The translations under genes and the position numbers were made by a program. Positions 27,652 through 37,700 of a DNA stretch of 64,000 bases are shown piece by piece. Positions within the stretch are counted from its first letter, which is position 1. The number at the start of each line of letters is the position of its first letter. Origin of the DNA: Candidatus Aegiribacteria sp. (GTDB lineage Bacteria; Fermentibacterota; Fermentibacteria; Fermentibacterales; JCC-6); the NCBI GenBank assembly GCA_023138735.1, contig JAGLOY010000064.1, positions 15,567-79,566 of the forward strand. The letters are read 5' to 3'. The notes under the pieces were generated by a model. The model was not told the origin of the DNA. It saw only the letters and a program-made list of their open reading frames with translations, and made no database searches.

Positions 27652-29382
27652 TCAGGGCAGCAGCAGAAGGTTTGTTACGCTGCTTGCCGAACCTGCAAGC
27701 CCCCGCGCGAAGTAGATTCCCGGCGCAGCAGGATTGCCGTCTTCCAGACAGCCGTTCCAGGTCACCATTGCACTGCTCTCGCTGTTCTCCTCGGCGCTGA
27801 GCCTGCGAACCAGGCGTCCATTTATGTCGAAGATATCAACAGCCGGAGCGCCTGAAATCCCGCTCCAGTTAAGTTGCAGAGTCACAGCAGAAGTAAACGG
27901 ATTCGGTGTTGCCTGAATGCTCAGCGTTTGCGCCGCAGGGGTTTCAAGCTCAATCCCCTGGCTGTCACCGGCGCTGAAAATGTAATCCATACTTCCAGTG
28001 CTGGATACACTTGCGACAACGAGAATGACCTGATCATCAGGATCGGCGAGCCCTGTTATCTCGAGGGTGCCTGCCTGTGTAGTTTCATTCAGCACCATGC
28101 GCAGGACTTCGGTCGTATCGTTATCGTACAGTGCAAGACCCCACACAGCGAAGTTGTTAGTGTCATTGCCATCAAAAGACAGCTGCAGGTTTTGAAAGCC
28201 CGAAAAAGTCTGAAAGCGGTAGTAGTCGGTTGCCCAGTGTTTTACTGTTCTGGAAACATTCGAGACTGGATAGGTCGAATAGGTACCCATTACGTTGAAT
28301 GGGGGCAGGTCATCGCCGATGTAGCCGTAGCGGCCATCCTCCAGACTTATGTCATCCAGGAAGTTTGCCACTGTCCAGTCTGCGAAGACGTCTGCTACAT
28401 CCTCCGTATAACCGAAATCATCCAGCACCTGCTCGTACCCGGCGATCGAGTTTCCAGCTTCGTGTACTGCCGCGTATATGCTGGGATGGCCGCCGTACTG
28501 TTCGAAGAAATAGAGCGTCCAGAGGTAGGTCTGGATGTAATCGGACCAATTACCGTCCCAGATTGTCAGATCGTTGTCCGGGGCGCTGTTGAACCCTGAA
28601 ATATTGTCCGGATTTCCGTAGAACCACATGGCCAGCTCCGCGAGCCCCTCGTCCACCCAGGACTCCTCGTTATCATCGTACTTCCAGTGGATCATGTGTT
28701 CGAATTCATGGGCGGCTACCGCAAGCATATAATCGCCGCTCGGACCCCCTGAACTAGTGGGATTGAGGTAGAGAACTTCGCATTCGTTACTGTGATATGG
28801 AGGGAAGGCTCCATCCGGATATTCATCGAACCAGAAGAAGAACCCATCTGCAGCTATTCCGAACTCGAACCACATCAAATAGATACGTATGTCATCATCG
28901 AGTTCATCGGGCGGTTCCCCGAACGCGATGCTGTCTATTTCGTAGATTCCCTGAGTCGGGTAGGGTCCGATGCTGCTGTTCTCCCATCGCTCAAGTATCG
29001 CGTCAACATCGCTCTGGAAAATTGAGATTCCCCACTCCAGATCTCTGACCACTACGTATCCGCGATCGCTCTTTCCACGAACTGTACAGACATGCTGCTC
29101 GAAATGCGGTGGCATTGGGTCAAAAACCCACAGCCACCAGATCCAGGAATCGCCCACCTGGGGATTAACGGGGGGTTCTGTGGGAAGGTCATGCTCGGGC
29201 AGGTAGACATCTGGGCCGACCTCATGAGGCAAAGGCACGGGTACATCGCGCAGATACTGTGGAGCGAAATCGGTGTCCTCAGCGGACAGAGTACCCTCTA
29301 AGCCAGGGAATATTCCGAATCCAGTGAGCAGCAGTACTGCGATTGTGATGCCGAAAGGAAACTGATGCAACTTATACAACAT
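27652..29382 (-). CDS. secreted HExxH zinc metallopeptidase with T9SS C-terminal sorting domain
   Basis: A signal peptide is present. The motif is AAHEFEHMIHW, followed by a downstream Glu. The C-terminus is a T9SS-type sorting domain. Confidence 0.55.
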   Translation of the reverse strand: MLYKLHQFPFGITIAVLLLTGFGIFPGLEGTLSAEDTDFAPQYLRDVPVPLPHEVGPDVYLPEHDLPTEPPVNPQVGDSWIWWLWVFDPMPPHFEQHVCTVRGKSDRGYVVVRDLEWGISIFQSDVDAILERWENSSIGPYPTQGIYEIDSIAFGEPPDELDDDIRIYLMWFEFGIAADGFFFWFDEYPDGAFPPYHSNECEVLYLNPTSSGGPSGDYMLAVAAHEFEHMIHWKYDDNEESWVDEGLAELAMWFYGNPDNISGFNSAPDNDLTIWDGNWSDYIQTYLWTLYFFEQYGGHPSIYAAVHEAGNSIAGYEQVLDDFGYTEDVADVFADWTVANFLDDISLEDGRYGYIGDDLPPFNVMGTYSTYPVSNVSRTVKHWATDYYRFQTFSGFQNLQLSFDGNDTNNFAVWGLALYDNDTTEVLRMVLNETTQAGTLEITGLADPDDQVILVVASVSSTGSMDYIFSAGDSQGIELETPAAQTLSIQATPNPFTSAVTLQLNWSGISGAPAVDIFDINGRLVRRLSAEENSESSAMVTWNGCLEDGNPAAPGIYFARGLAGSASSVTNLLLLP

Positions 29383-29491
29383 ATCATTCCTCCTGAAAAA
29401 TCAATTCACATAATTCAACTTATTGAACATACCATTATCAGGTAACACCTGACAGTGAGAAATTGTTTCCTCAGAGATATACAATGCCTGT

Positions 29492-30283
29492 ATGGATGTC
29501 TCTTCGCTTCCCTTTATTACACTTCTTCTGCTTGAGAGGGTGCAGTTGAGCTGGTTTCCCGGCTGGGTGCCGGAAGCACAGTTAGCAGTTGCATTAAGAG
29601 CAAATCCGAATGTGGAGTGGTACATGCGGCACAGATGTCCCGAGCTGAATGAATGGCTGGATAACTTGATGATAAAAGAGGGAGAAGGTCAGCCTCCGAG
29701 CCTCGGGGAAATCCGTCAGGCGGAGATAGACATCATGAAGTCTATTAACGATCTGATAGTATACGTCATGTCCCCGGAAGTTTACGATTCTCAACCTTTT
29801 TTGAAGTGGAACCCTGATGAACTGACCTCCCTTGTTGATTTTTCGGACAGGAGGGTGGTTGATATCGGCAGCGGTACAGGAAAGATTGCATTGATCGTCG
29901 CAGCGAAAGCGAAAGTGGTCTACGCAGTGGAACCGGTCGACAACCTGCGGCTATATCTGAAGGAGAAGGCTGTTGAGCTGGGATTGAAAAACATCTTTGT
30001 ACTGGATGGTCTTATTACGGATATACCTTTTGAGGATGAATTCGCAGATGTTTCGATTGGTGGTTATGTCTTCGGTGATGATCCGGAAGAAGAATTGCAG
30101 GAGATGTTGCGAATAACAAAACCGGGTGGTATGGTGATACTGTGTCCCGGGAATGATGACCAGAACAATGAAAGACATGATTTTCTTGTTAACAATGGAT
30201 TTGAATGGTCGACATTTGAGGAACCCGGAGTGAGACTCGTACGCAAATACTGGAAGAAAATACATTTAAGGAGTCAGTTATGA
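29492..30283 (+). CDS. class I SAM-dependent methyltransferase
   Basis: Motif I VVDIGSGTGKIAL and the post-I acidic residue are present. The start codon is uncertain. Confidence 0.6.
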   Translation: MDVSSLPFITLLLLERVQLSWFPGWVPEAQLAVALRANPNVEWYMRHRCPELNEWLDNLMIKEGEGQPPSLGEIRQAEIDIMKSINDLIVYVMSPEVYDSQPFLKWNPDELTSLVDFSDRRVVDIGSGTGKIALIVAAKAKVVYAVEPVDNLRLYLKEKAVELGLKNIFVLDGLITDIPFEDEFADVSIGGYVFGDDPEEELQEMLRITKPGGMVILCPGNDDQNNERHDFLVNNGFEWSTFEEPGVRLVRKYWKKIHLRSQL

Positions 30284-30918
30284 AAAAGTCGATTATTGTG
30301 TCCGGTTTTCTACTTTTCAGCGTATTGCTGATGGCTTGCAGCGTCACAGATCCACTGACCCTTCTGAGGTGCCAGTTCAGGATAGAGAATACTGAGGATT
30401 TCCTCCTGACCGGAATTCAGCTTGACAGCCTTGAAAATCTTTCCGTTTTCCAGATTGCAGAAGTTGCCGCAATATGGGCCTCAGGCAGCTGCCCGGTGGA
30501 TTTCACGCTGAATATAGGCATTCATAACCCGAACAACGGCTCCACGGGACCTGATATTATTCCAGTCACACTGACGTCTCTTGTCTGGGACCTGTCCCTC
30601 GACGGGGACTCCGGGGCTCCTTTCGATACAACCTGGGTAGCCTCGGGAACGATGAGCACACCACTTGAAGTTCCCGGATCGAACGAGACGGTAATAATGC
30701 CGCTTGACATAAGCTTTGACGCTTTTGCACTGATGAGCGAAGTCGGTGTTCTTAATTTCATTGATCTGGCCCTTGCAATAGGTGGCATCAACTCCAGCCT
30801 CAGGACCAGCGATCATATTGGAAGAATGCTGGTTACAGCTATACCTACTATTTCAACACCTATCGGTGATATGACTTATACCGGTACACTTAACATAAGC
30901 CTCGACTGGATCGATTAA
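30280..30918 (+). CDS. lipoprotein, hypothetical
   Basis: It has a lipobox (LLMACS). It overlaps the preceding gene by ATGA. Confidence 0.45.
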   Translation: MKKSIIVSGFLLFSVLLMACSVTDPLTLLRCQFRIENTEDFLLTGIQLDSLENLSVFQIAEVAAIWASGSCPVDFTLNIGIHNPNNGSTGPDIIPVTLTSLVWDLSLDGDSGAPFDTTWVASGTMSTPLEVPGSNETVIMPLDISFDAFALMSEVGVLNFIDLALAIGGINSSLRTSDHIGRMLVTAIPTISTPIGDMTYTGTLNISLDWID

Positions 30919-30971
30919 TGGTTTTAGTCTTGCCCGGTTAGCCATGAATATGTATGATTGACCCCCAACCG

Positions 30972-31046
30972 GGGCGGCGTAGCCAAGTGGTAAGGCAGTG
31001 GACTGCAAATCCACCATGCATCGGTTCAAATCCGATCGCCGCCTCC
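30972..31046 (+). tRNA. tRNA-Cys: tRNA-Cys (GCA), CCA encoded
   Basis: The cloverleaf folds with acceptor ggcggcg/cgccgcc, D-arm gcc...ggc, anticodon stem gtgga/tccac with loop ctGCAaa, T-arm atcgg-ttcaaat-ccgat, discriminator t and a 3' cca. Confidence 0.85.
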
Positions 31047-31066
31047 AGAATTACTATCGATTGGTG

Positions 31067-31213
31067 AATATGAGAAATATCCATCTATCAATCAGAATAT
31101 CACTATTGGTCATCGCAGTTCTCATGACAATATCAGGATACGTTTGGGGCGACCCTGCAGTCATCTGGCAGAAGGCAGCGAATATCTGCCTCGAATGTAT
31201 AGGCATAGGCTAG
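31067..31213 (+). CDS. small single-TM protein (48 aa), uncertain
   Basis: MRNIHLSIRISLLVIAVLMTISGYVWG... ends at a TAG that is in-frame with the following NapH-like ORF. Confidence 0.25.
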   Translation, partial: NMRNIHLSIRISLLVIAVLMTISGYVWGDPAVIWQKAANICLECIGIG

Positions 31214-31216
31214 GCA

Positions 31217-32089
31217 GTGGTCAGAGAAAAAGCCCGTCGTCTTGTTCAGTTCGGTTCACTGATTCTTACGAATCTCTACTTTCAGGGATTGATTCAGGGA
31301 GCGATCTTTACTGGTAAATCCAAAATGTTCTGTGTCCCCGGCCTGCACTGTTACTCGTGCCCGTCAAGCGTTCTGGCATGTCCTGTTGGGACGGTGCAGA
31401 ATATTCTCTCTTCGCAGGGGTTTTTAGGCGGTATCGCAACCGGGAGGCCTGATGCTGTCATACTTCTTGGAGTTATTGGTTTCCTGCTGGCTTTCGGTTT
31501 TGTTGCCGGCCGGTTCGCATGCGGCTGGATATGTCCTTTCGGGCTCCTGCAGGGGCTTCTTTACAGGATTCCATCACCGAAGATCAGCATACCGGCACAA
31601 TGGAGGGATGGAAAGTACGCTGTCCTTCTTATTTTTGTCTTCCTTCTTCCGCTAACTCTCAGAACTGTACCTGGAGCGGGAGGTGATCCCTGGTTCTGCA
31701 AGGCCATCTGTCCTTCCGGAACCCTGACAGCTGGAATACCTCTGGTGCTTCATGATTCCGGTGAGACATTTCAGACTGGTTTCCTTTTCTCCTGGAAAAT
31801 AGTTTTACTCGTTCTTATTCTTCTCTGGGCAGTTACATCAAAAAGACCTTTCTGCCGTGTTCTATGCCCGCTGGGTGCTTTCTGGGGGCTGGCCGGCAAG
31901 GTATCGGTCTTCAGAATGAACGTCGATTCGTCGTGCATTGAATGTGATAAGTGCAGATCTGTATGCCCTGTGGATATCGCCGTATACAGGGAACCGAACT
32001 CCGCAGAATGCATCAGGTGCGGCAGATGCATTGATATCTGCCCGGTGAATGCTGTGCACCATGACACACGTAAGCGGAGCGGAATCTGA
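31217..32089 (+). CDS. NapH/MauN-family membrane ferredoxin-type protein (two 4Fe-4S motifs)
   Basis: GWICPFG/RVLCPLG membrane motifs and a C-terminal CIECDKCRSVCP...CIRCGRCIDICP are present. It has a GTG start. Confidence 0.65.
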   Translation: MVREKARRLVQFGSLILTNLYFQGLIQGAIFTGKSKMFCVPGLHCYSCPSSVLACPVGTVQNILSSQGFLGGIATGRPDAVILLGVIGFLLAFGFVAGRFACGWICPFGLLQGLLYRIPSPKISIPAQWRDGKYAVLLIFVFLLPLTLRTVPGAGGDPWFCKAICPSGTLTAGIPLVLHDSGETFQTGFLFSWKIVLLVLILLWAVTSKRPFCRVLCPLGAFWGLAGKVSVFRMNVDSSCIECDKCRSVCPVDIAVYREPNSAECIRCGRCIDICPVNAVHHDTRKRSGI

Positions 32090-32907
32090 TGGGCGCGTAC
32101 CTGAAATTCACCGATTTCCTCTGGATTCCTATAGTTCTGCTCTTCCTGTTCCCGGTTGTCAGGCATATCGAAAGTCATACCGCAGTTGATGACATTCCGG
32201 TTGAGCAGGGGCCGCTCATGTCAGGCAGGGAATCTCTGGACAGCCTTCTTGCAGGCAGCCTGGGAAAGCCGGTAATCGTGAACTTCTGGGCTACCTGGTG
32301 TACTCCATGTGTAGGAGAGCTGCCGGTGATCGATGAGATCTTCAGATCAATGGAAGGACGTATTGCAGTTGTCGCTGTGGACATCGGTGATCTGGAACTT
32401 GAAACCCTGCTGAAATTCAGGGAGGAGGTATATCTCTCGATGCCAGTAATCTGGCTCAATGAGAATGACGCTGCTCAGCTTAAGGTTGATTGGGAACTTT
32501 CGGATGTACTTCCCATCACCGTTGTATTCGATTCCCGAGGGAGTGAAACCACAAGGGTTGCCGGTACCAGAGACTCCAGTTTTTTCAGGAATGCAGTAGA
32601 AGAAGGTTCAGTTCCTGACACAGTTGCTGAACATCAAACACCAGAACTGGCAGTGCACATAAACGTTGTCGGTTTAGAAGCTGACAGCCTGACACAGATA
32701 CTATTCGCTGAAGCTGTTGAACTGGCGGGAGAGGAGGGAGTGGATTTCTACGATCCCTCGATACCTGCAGACAGCCTTTCAATGGAAGAGCTGTACCTTC
32801 CGAACCCGGGATATTCGTATGCGCAACCATGTGTAGGTGACGCATGCGGCCGGTTGGTCCGAACTCCCGACGAACTGCGCCAGGCAATACGGAACCTGTT
32901 GAATTGA
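32089..32907 (+). CDS. TlpA-like thiol:disulfide oxidoreductase (thioredoxin fold, WCTPC)
   Basis: It has the VIVNFWATWCTPCVGELP motif and an N-terminal TM anchor. It overlaps the NapH-like gene by TGATG. Confidence 0.75.
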   Translation: MGAYLKFTDFLWIPIVLLFLFPVVRHIESHTAVDDIPVEQGPLMSGRESLDSLLAGSLGKPVIVNFWATWCTPCVGELPVIDEIFRSMEGRIAVVAVDIGDLELETLLKFREEVYLSMPVIWLNENDAAQLKVDWELSDVLPITVVFDSRGSETTRVAGTRDSSFFRNAVEEGSVPDTVAEHQTPELAVHINVVGLEADSLTQILFAEAVELAGEEGVDFYDPSIPADSLSMEELYLPNPGYSYAQPCVGDACGRLVRTPDELRQAIRNLLN

Positions 32908-33914
32908 TTACTCCTGCCGTATCAGTGCTGCTGCCATTCCGTAATCCTGAGCAGTACTTCGATGATGCACTTCAATCTATAGCGGAACAGACATTCACGG
33001 ATTTTGAAGCAGTACTGATAAATGACGGTTCGGATGAGTCGTCAGTCATGCTTGCGGAAGACTGGTGCAAAAAGGATCCCAGATTCACACTTGTTAACAA
33101 TTCAGGTTCGGGACTGGTAGACGCTCTGAACACGGGGCTTGCGGAGTGCAGCGGTACCTGGATTGCAAGAATGGATGCGGACGATATCTCATTGCCTGAT
33201 CGAATAGAGAAGCAGCATGAGCTTGCAGTATCCCAAGGACCCATGACCGTGGTATCCTGCCAGGTCCGGAGTTTTCCCCGGGAAATTATCACACGCGGCT
33301 TCAAGTTGTATGAGGAGTGGCTGAACAATCTGACTGAACCCCTGGATATAGAGAAGAACCTGTTCATTGAAAGCCCGATACCGCATCCAACTGCTTTTTT
33401 CCACAGGCAGAATATTCTTGCGGAAGGCGGGTACATGGAAAAGGAACTGCCGGAGGATTACGAATTATGGCTTAGACTCTGGAGCAGGGGTTACAGATTC
33501 ATCCGTGTACCTTCGGTCCTTCTGAAGTGGAGGGATCATCCAGGAAGACTTTCTCGAACCAGCAGTGCTTACTCACTTACAAGTTTCTATATGCTTAAGG
33601 CAAAGTACCTTGAACATGTTCCATGCATGTCAGGTAAAATCGTTTACATAGCCGGGAGCGGGCAGACTGCTCGAAGACTTGGAAAATGTCTGCAGGATAA
33701 CGATTATCATATTAAAGCCTTCATTGATCCTTCTCCCGAAAGACAGGGGGCGATGTTAAGAGGAAGACCTGTGAGGGGACCGGGTGAGTTGTCAAGCCGG
33801 TCTGACATACCTGTGATAATAGCCTCAAGGCTACCCGGAGCGAGGAAAACCATAATGGAATTTCTTGACAGACTGGGATTTGTCGAGTGGGAGAATTATG
33901 TTGCCTGTTCATGA
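32904..33914 (+). CDS. family 2 glycosyltransferase with C-terminal NeuD/PglD-N-like Rossmann extension
   Basis: VSVLLPFRN...DGSDE and a DAD motif are present. The start (TTG 32904 or GTG 32925) is uncertain. Confidence 0.55.
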   Translation: MITPAVSVLLPFRNPEQYFDDALQSIAEQTFTDFEAVLINDGSDESSVMLAEDWCKKDPRFTLVNNSGSGLVDALNTGLAECSGTWIARMDADDISLPDRIEKQHELAVSQGPMTVVSCQVRSFPREIITRGFKLYEEWLNNLTEPLDIEKNLFIESPIPHPTAFFHRQNILAEGGYMEKELPEDYELWLRLWSRGYRFIRVPSVLLKWRDHPGRLSRTSSAYSLTSFYMLKAKYLEHVPCMSGKIVYIAGSGQTARRLGKCLQDNDYHIKAFIDPSPERQGAMLRGRPVRGPGELSSRSDIPVIIASRLPGARKTIMEFLDRLGFVEWENYVACS

Positions 33915-34011
33915 ATGCTCTGGGGGAATTGTCAATCAGGATTTTGAGGCTATATTAAACCGAAATCGATTTTTCGTTTGTGTAAGAACTTTAATTATCG
34001 GGAGGTAGAAA

Positions 34012-34353
34012 TTGAATATCAAGCAGCAAATGAAGGGCGATGTTCTTGTTGTTGCTCTATCCGGTAAAGTTATTGGCGGCCCCGAGCTTATGGAAGTAAA
34101 AGATGTATTCCAGAAAGCCGTTGATCAGGATAAAAAAAAGGTTCTGCTTGACCTCGGGAGAGTCAGCTGGATGGATAGTTCAGGTCTGGGTGTAATTGTA
34201 TCAGGCCATACTACCCTCTCAAGAGCAGGTGGATCCCTTAGAATTCTCAATGCCACCAAGAAAATTCACGAATTGTTCATCATAACGAAGCTGATAACCA
34301 TCTTCGATACATATACTGATGTGCAGGAAGCGTTGAATAGTTTCGGAGAATGA
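34012..34353 (+). CDS. STAS-domain anti-sigma-factor antagonist (SpoIIAA/RsbV-like)
   Basis: The conserved phosphorylatable DSSGLG motif is present. Confidence 0.8.
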   Translation: MNIKQQMKGDVLVVALSGKVIGGPELMEVKDVFQKAVDQDKKKVLLDLGRVSWMDSSGLGVIVSGHTTLSRAGGSLRILNATKKIHELFIITKLITIFDTYTDVQEALNSFGE

Positions 34354-34769
34354 TCGTGCACGCTATAGAAATACGTTTGCCAAGTGATGTTTCCGTACTC
34401 GAACCACTTCAGTTGATGATTGAAGCTATTGGAAGATCGGCAGAGGTTGAGGATGATGATCTCTCCATATTGTCAGTTGCGGTTATTGAACTGGCAAAGA
34501 ACGCAATGGAGCACGGAAACAAGAATAACCCCGAGAAGACTGTTACTGTCAGTTTTAGCATTTTTCCAAACAGGATACGGTTTACGATTGACGATGAAGG
34601 ATCCTGGGAACCTGAGAAAGCCCTTGGCTTCAATCCGGGAGAGGGGAATGAACTTCTTCTAACAAGGGGTAGAGGAGTTCTTATCGCTCGTAACCTGGCT
34701 AAATGGGTTGAGTTTGGTCTTACTCCGGAAGGAAAAACGAGGGTTACTCTTATCTGGCCTCTGACCTGA
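34350..34769 (+). CDS. anti-sigma regulatory factor, serine kinase (RsbW/SpoIIAB-like HATPase)
   Basis: The N-box IELAKNAMEHG is present. It overlaps the STAS gene by ATGA. Confidence 0.7.
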   Translation: MIVHAIEIRLPSDVSVLEPLQLMIEAIGRSAEVEDDDLSILSVAVIELAKNAMEHGNKNNPEKTVTVSFSIFPNRIRFTIDDEGSWEPEKALGFNPGEGNELLLTRGRGVLIARNLAKWVEFGLTPEGKTRVTLIWPLT

Positions 34770-34785
34770 AAGCGATTCTCATCCC

Positions 34786-37700
34786 GTGAACAGTTTCACT
34801 CTTTCAGTAGTATTTGAAAGTAGAGAACTGCCCGGGGGTGTCCGGGATATCCTAATAACAGATGCTGAGCTTCTCATCCCTCCCAGATGGGCTGATGAAA
34901 TCCAGATTTCATCAGTGGATACCTCGATCCCTGATGCTCTGCTGCTTGTAATCAGCGGACCGCTGTCTCCGAAACTCCGAAACATTTACTACAACTGCTT
35001 CAGGCATGCTGTCCCGATAGCCGGGATATGCTTCATGAATTTGCCGGAGGATGATGACGCAGTTCAGGATCTTCTGAACAAAGCTATCTGCTGGAAATTC
35101 TCGTCGGCCAACGAGGGCAGAGAGCTGCTCCGGAACGAGATTCAGAGTTGGCTTCGAAGCCTTAACCGGGAGTTCTTTCCCTACCCGGAGGGCAATGATC
35201 TGCTTCAATCCTACGGTGATATCGATGTACTTTCGGTAGACATGGATTCGCTTGAGAAAGCCAGGAAAGTTATTACGGAACGTGGATTCGTCTGCCTGAG
35301 CGGTTCCCTGGGTGCTGGAAAAACCACCATTGCCAGAAAACTGCTTGTGGAAGCCTCTCTGGATAACCTGAATCCGATCGAGCTCATTACGCGGGATCTG
35401 TACTTCAGGGAAGTCGTGCAGCTTCTTACAGGTTCTGAGGATTGCGCAGTTTTCCTTGATCTTGATACTCTCAGGAGAATGGTGGATATCTATCCCTCCC
35501 GTCTGTGGGCATCGGTCATCTCACTTATGACAAGAGCTACAGAATCAAGGCACAGACTGATACTTGCAACATCCTCTCCGGAGATCGCCAGAATATTCGA
35601 TTCGTACGGCGATGCCCATGTCAGACTCCCTGAACCATCTACCTATCGGAAATGGAGACTGGATCAGGGCAGGGAGGCTCTGAAGTGGTTCCGCAGACTT
35701 CCTGCACTCGAGAAAGCTGAACTGCTGCTGCTTGCCGCCTTCGATCCCGTTGTTGCCGAAGCTGTATTCAAGCGGGTACTATTCAGGTTGCTCGACAGGC
35801 TCATTGTACAGGAGGATAAAAGATTCCCATCCAATGAAGAGCTTGAAGAGCTCTACAGTAAATCACTCGCTGCGGGAGGTGCTGATCCATTCAGAAGGGT
35901 TTACGGAAGTGATGAAGTGTATATCACCGTGAGTGATTCTGTCCGGATGTGGGCCATCGACAGAGGTATTCGTGAACTGCTTGAAAAGGATGCTCCGGTC
36001 ATCAGGGCGTTTGCAGATACGCTGATCGGGAGCGAGGAGCCGGGTGTAAGACGGGCAGGGTACTTCCTTGCCAGCTTCTACAAAAGCCTCTCCGATGAAG
36101 TTAAGGCAAAACTTCTTCTGCATATTGCATCCGAGAAATCCAGAACGGTTCTTACTGATGTCCTTAACATGCTGCTGAGCTCTGCAGATCATACGGATGA
36201 GTCGATAATAAGCATGTACAGGATAATGATGGCGAAGGGTAATACTGAAGTAAGAATGGCGGTTGCCGGAACTCTCGGGCGGCAATGGGTGCTTGAGCTG
36301 CCGGCATTCGGGGATCTTGTGAATGCGGCGGTGAATGACTCTGAACCGGGAGTGCGGGGACAGTTCATTCAGGATCTGACCATGTGGGGAATGTCTGAGA
36401 AATGCGGAAAGATTTACAGAGATTTTCTGGAGGACGATGCATACGAAGTCCGTCAGGGTCTGATGCTGTACATAGGCAGCAAGTTTCCCGGGCTTGACCC
36501 GAGGGAATTCGATGTACTGAATGAGGTGCTGGAAGAGGGCGACCCCGGATTGATGACTACCCTTATAATGGGGCTTCTGGATAGAAAACTTGAGGAGTTC
36601 AACCAGGAATTCAACGATCTGCTCTGGGTGCTGATGGACAGATTGCCTCCCGGAGGGAAGGGAAGACTGGCATGGAGGATCGGAGCAAGGCTCAGGTTCT
36701 TCAGCAGTGAAGTCAGAAAATCCCTCAGAACCGATCCGGCAGAGGAAGATATTCTTCAGGTCTCGCGCTGTATGCTGATGAATTACTCTTCCCTTGATCA
36801 TGAGGAGAGGGAGAACCTCTGGGAGCTCATCCATGAACGAATCGCCTTCAGCAGGGAATTCGCCAGCATGGTATTGGGATACTACACTATCATGGATCCC
36901 CGAATCAGAATTAATCTTCTGATCGAGGTGCTTATATCGGATCACTACGGTGGAAGGGAGGCTCTCAGTCAGCTGATCTGCCTCGGAAGGACTGATCTGA
37001 TCGATGCATCTGTTGATCTGGTCGCACATATTCTCGAAACCGGCGAATTCAAGAAGAGAGCCGCGCTTCCATTCTTCATACTCTGGAATGAACGTGACCT
37101 CGGTGAACCGGTTTCCGGTTTTATTGCTGAATTCTGGATGGACTCCTCGTCTTACGTTCGGAAATCACTGGTGAACGCTATCCGGAGCCTTGGAATCAGA
37201 ACCAATTTAACCTTTAATGTGCTCTGTACACTGGCTCTGGATGATAAACGGGCGGTAAGGGCTGCCGTCGCCAGGACGCTTGGAGAGTTTGAAAACGATG
37301 AATCCGATGATCTTGATCTGACGCTGAAGGAGCTTCTTGATGATGAAGATCCCTATGTGCGTCTTGGTGCTCTTTCCGGCCTGCTTTCCAATGTTGCCAT
37401 TTCCGACGTTAAACTTCTTCCCGTGGTCATGAGTGCTTTTGATGATTCTGCATCAGATGTACGGCTCGAGATCATTTCCGGTCTCCGAAGTCACCCGGAG
37501 CTGTACTCAATATCGGATGTGGATGTTAAACTTGCAGACATGTTCACCGATCCTGATAGAAATGTACGAATGGAAGTTATACGACTAGTTACCGAAACTC
37601 CGGAGCTGCTTGCTTCGGATATCATCAGGACCAGGATGCCCGATATTCTTCTTAACAGGTTCTCCGCAGGACATGCCATATCGGAAGAACTGAACATGGC

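Noticed and set aside
30998-31066. 5' part of ORF 30998-31213 overlapping tRNA-Cys
   Set aside because: It is translated across a tRNA gene. Only the segment from ATG 31067 is plausibly coding, if at all.
31211-31213. In-frame TAG between the small ORF and the NapH-like gene as a pyrrolysine site
   Set aside because: No pyl genes or other amber read-through candidates are present. A GTG start right after the TAG gives a normal NapH-like N-terminus.
35863-37029. 388-aa antisense ORF inside the 1204-aa phosphatase gene
   Set aside because: It lies opposite a coherent multidomain protein (P-loop, HEAT, PP2C) and has no RBS or domain signal.
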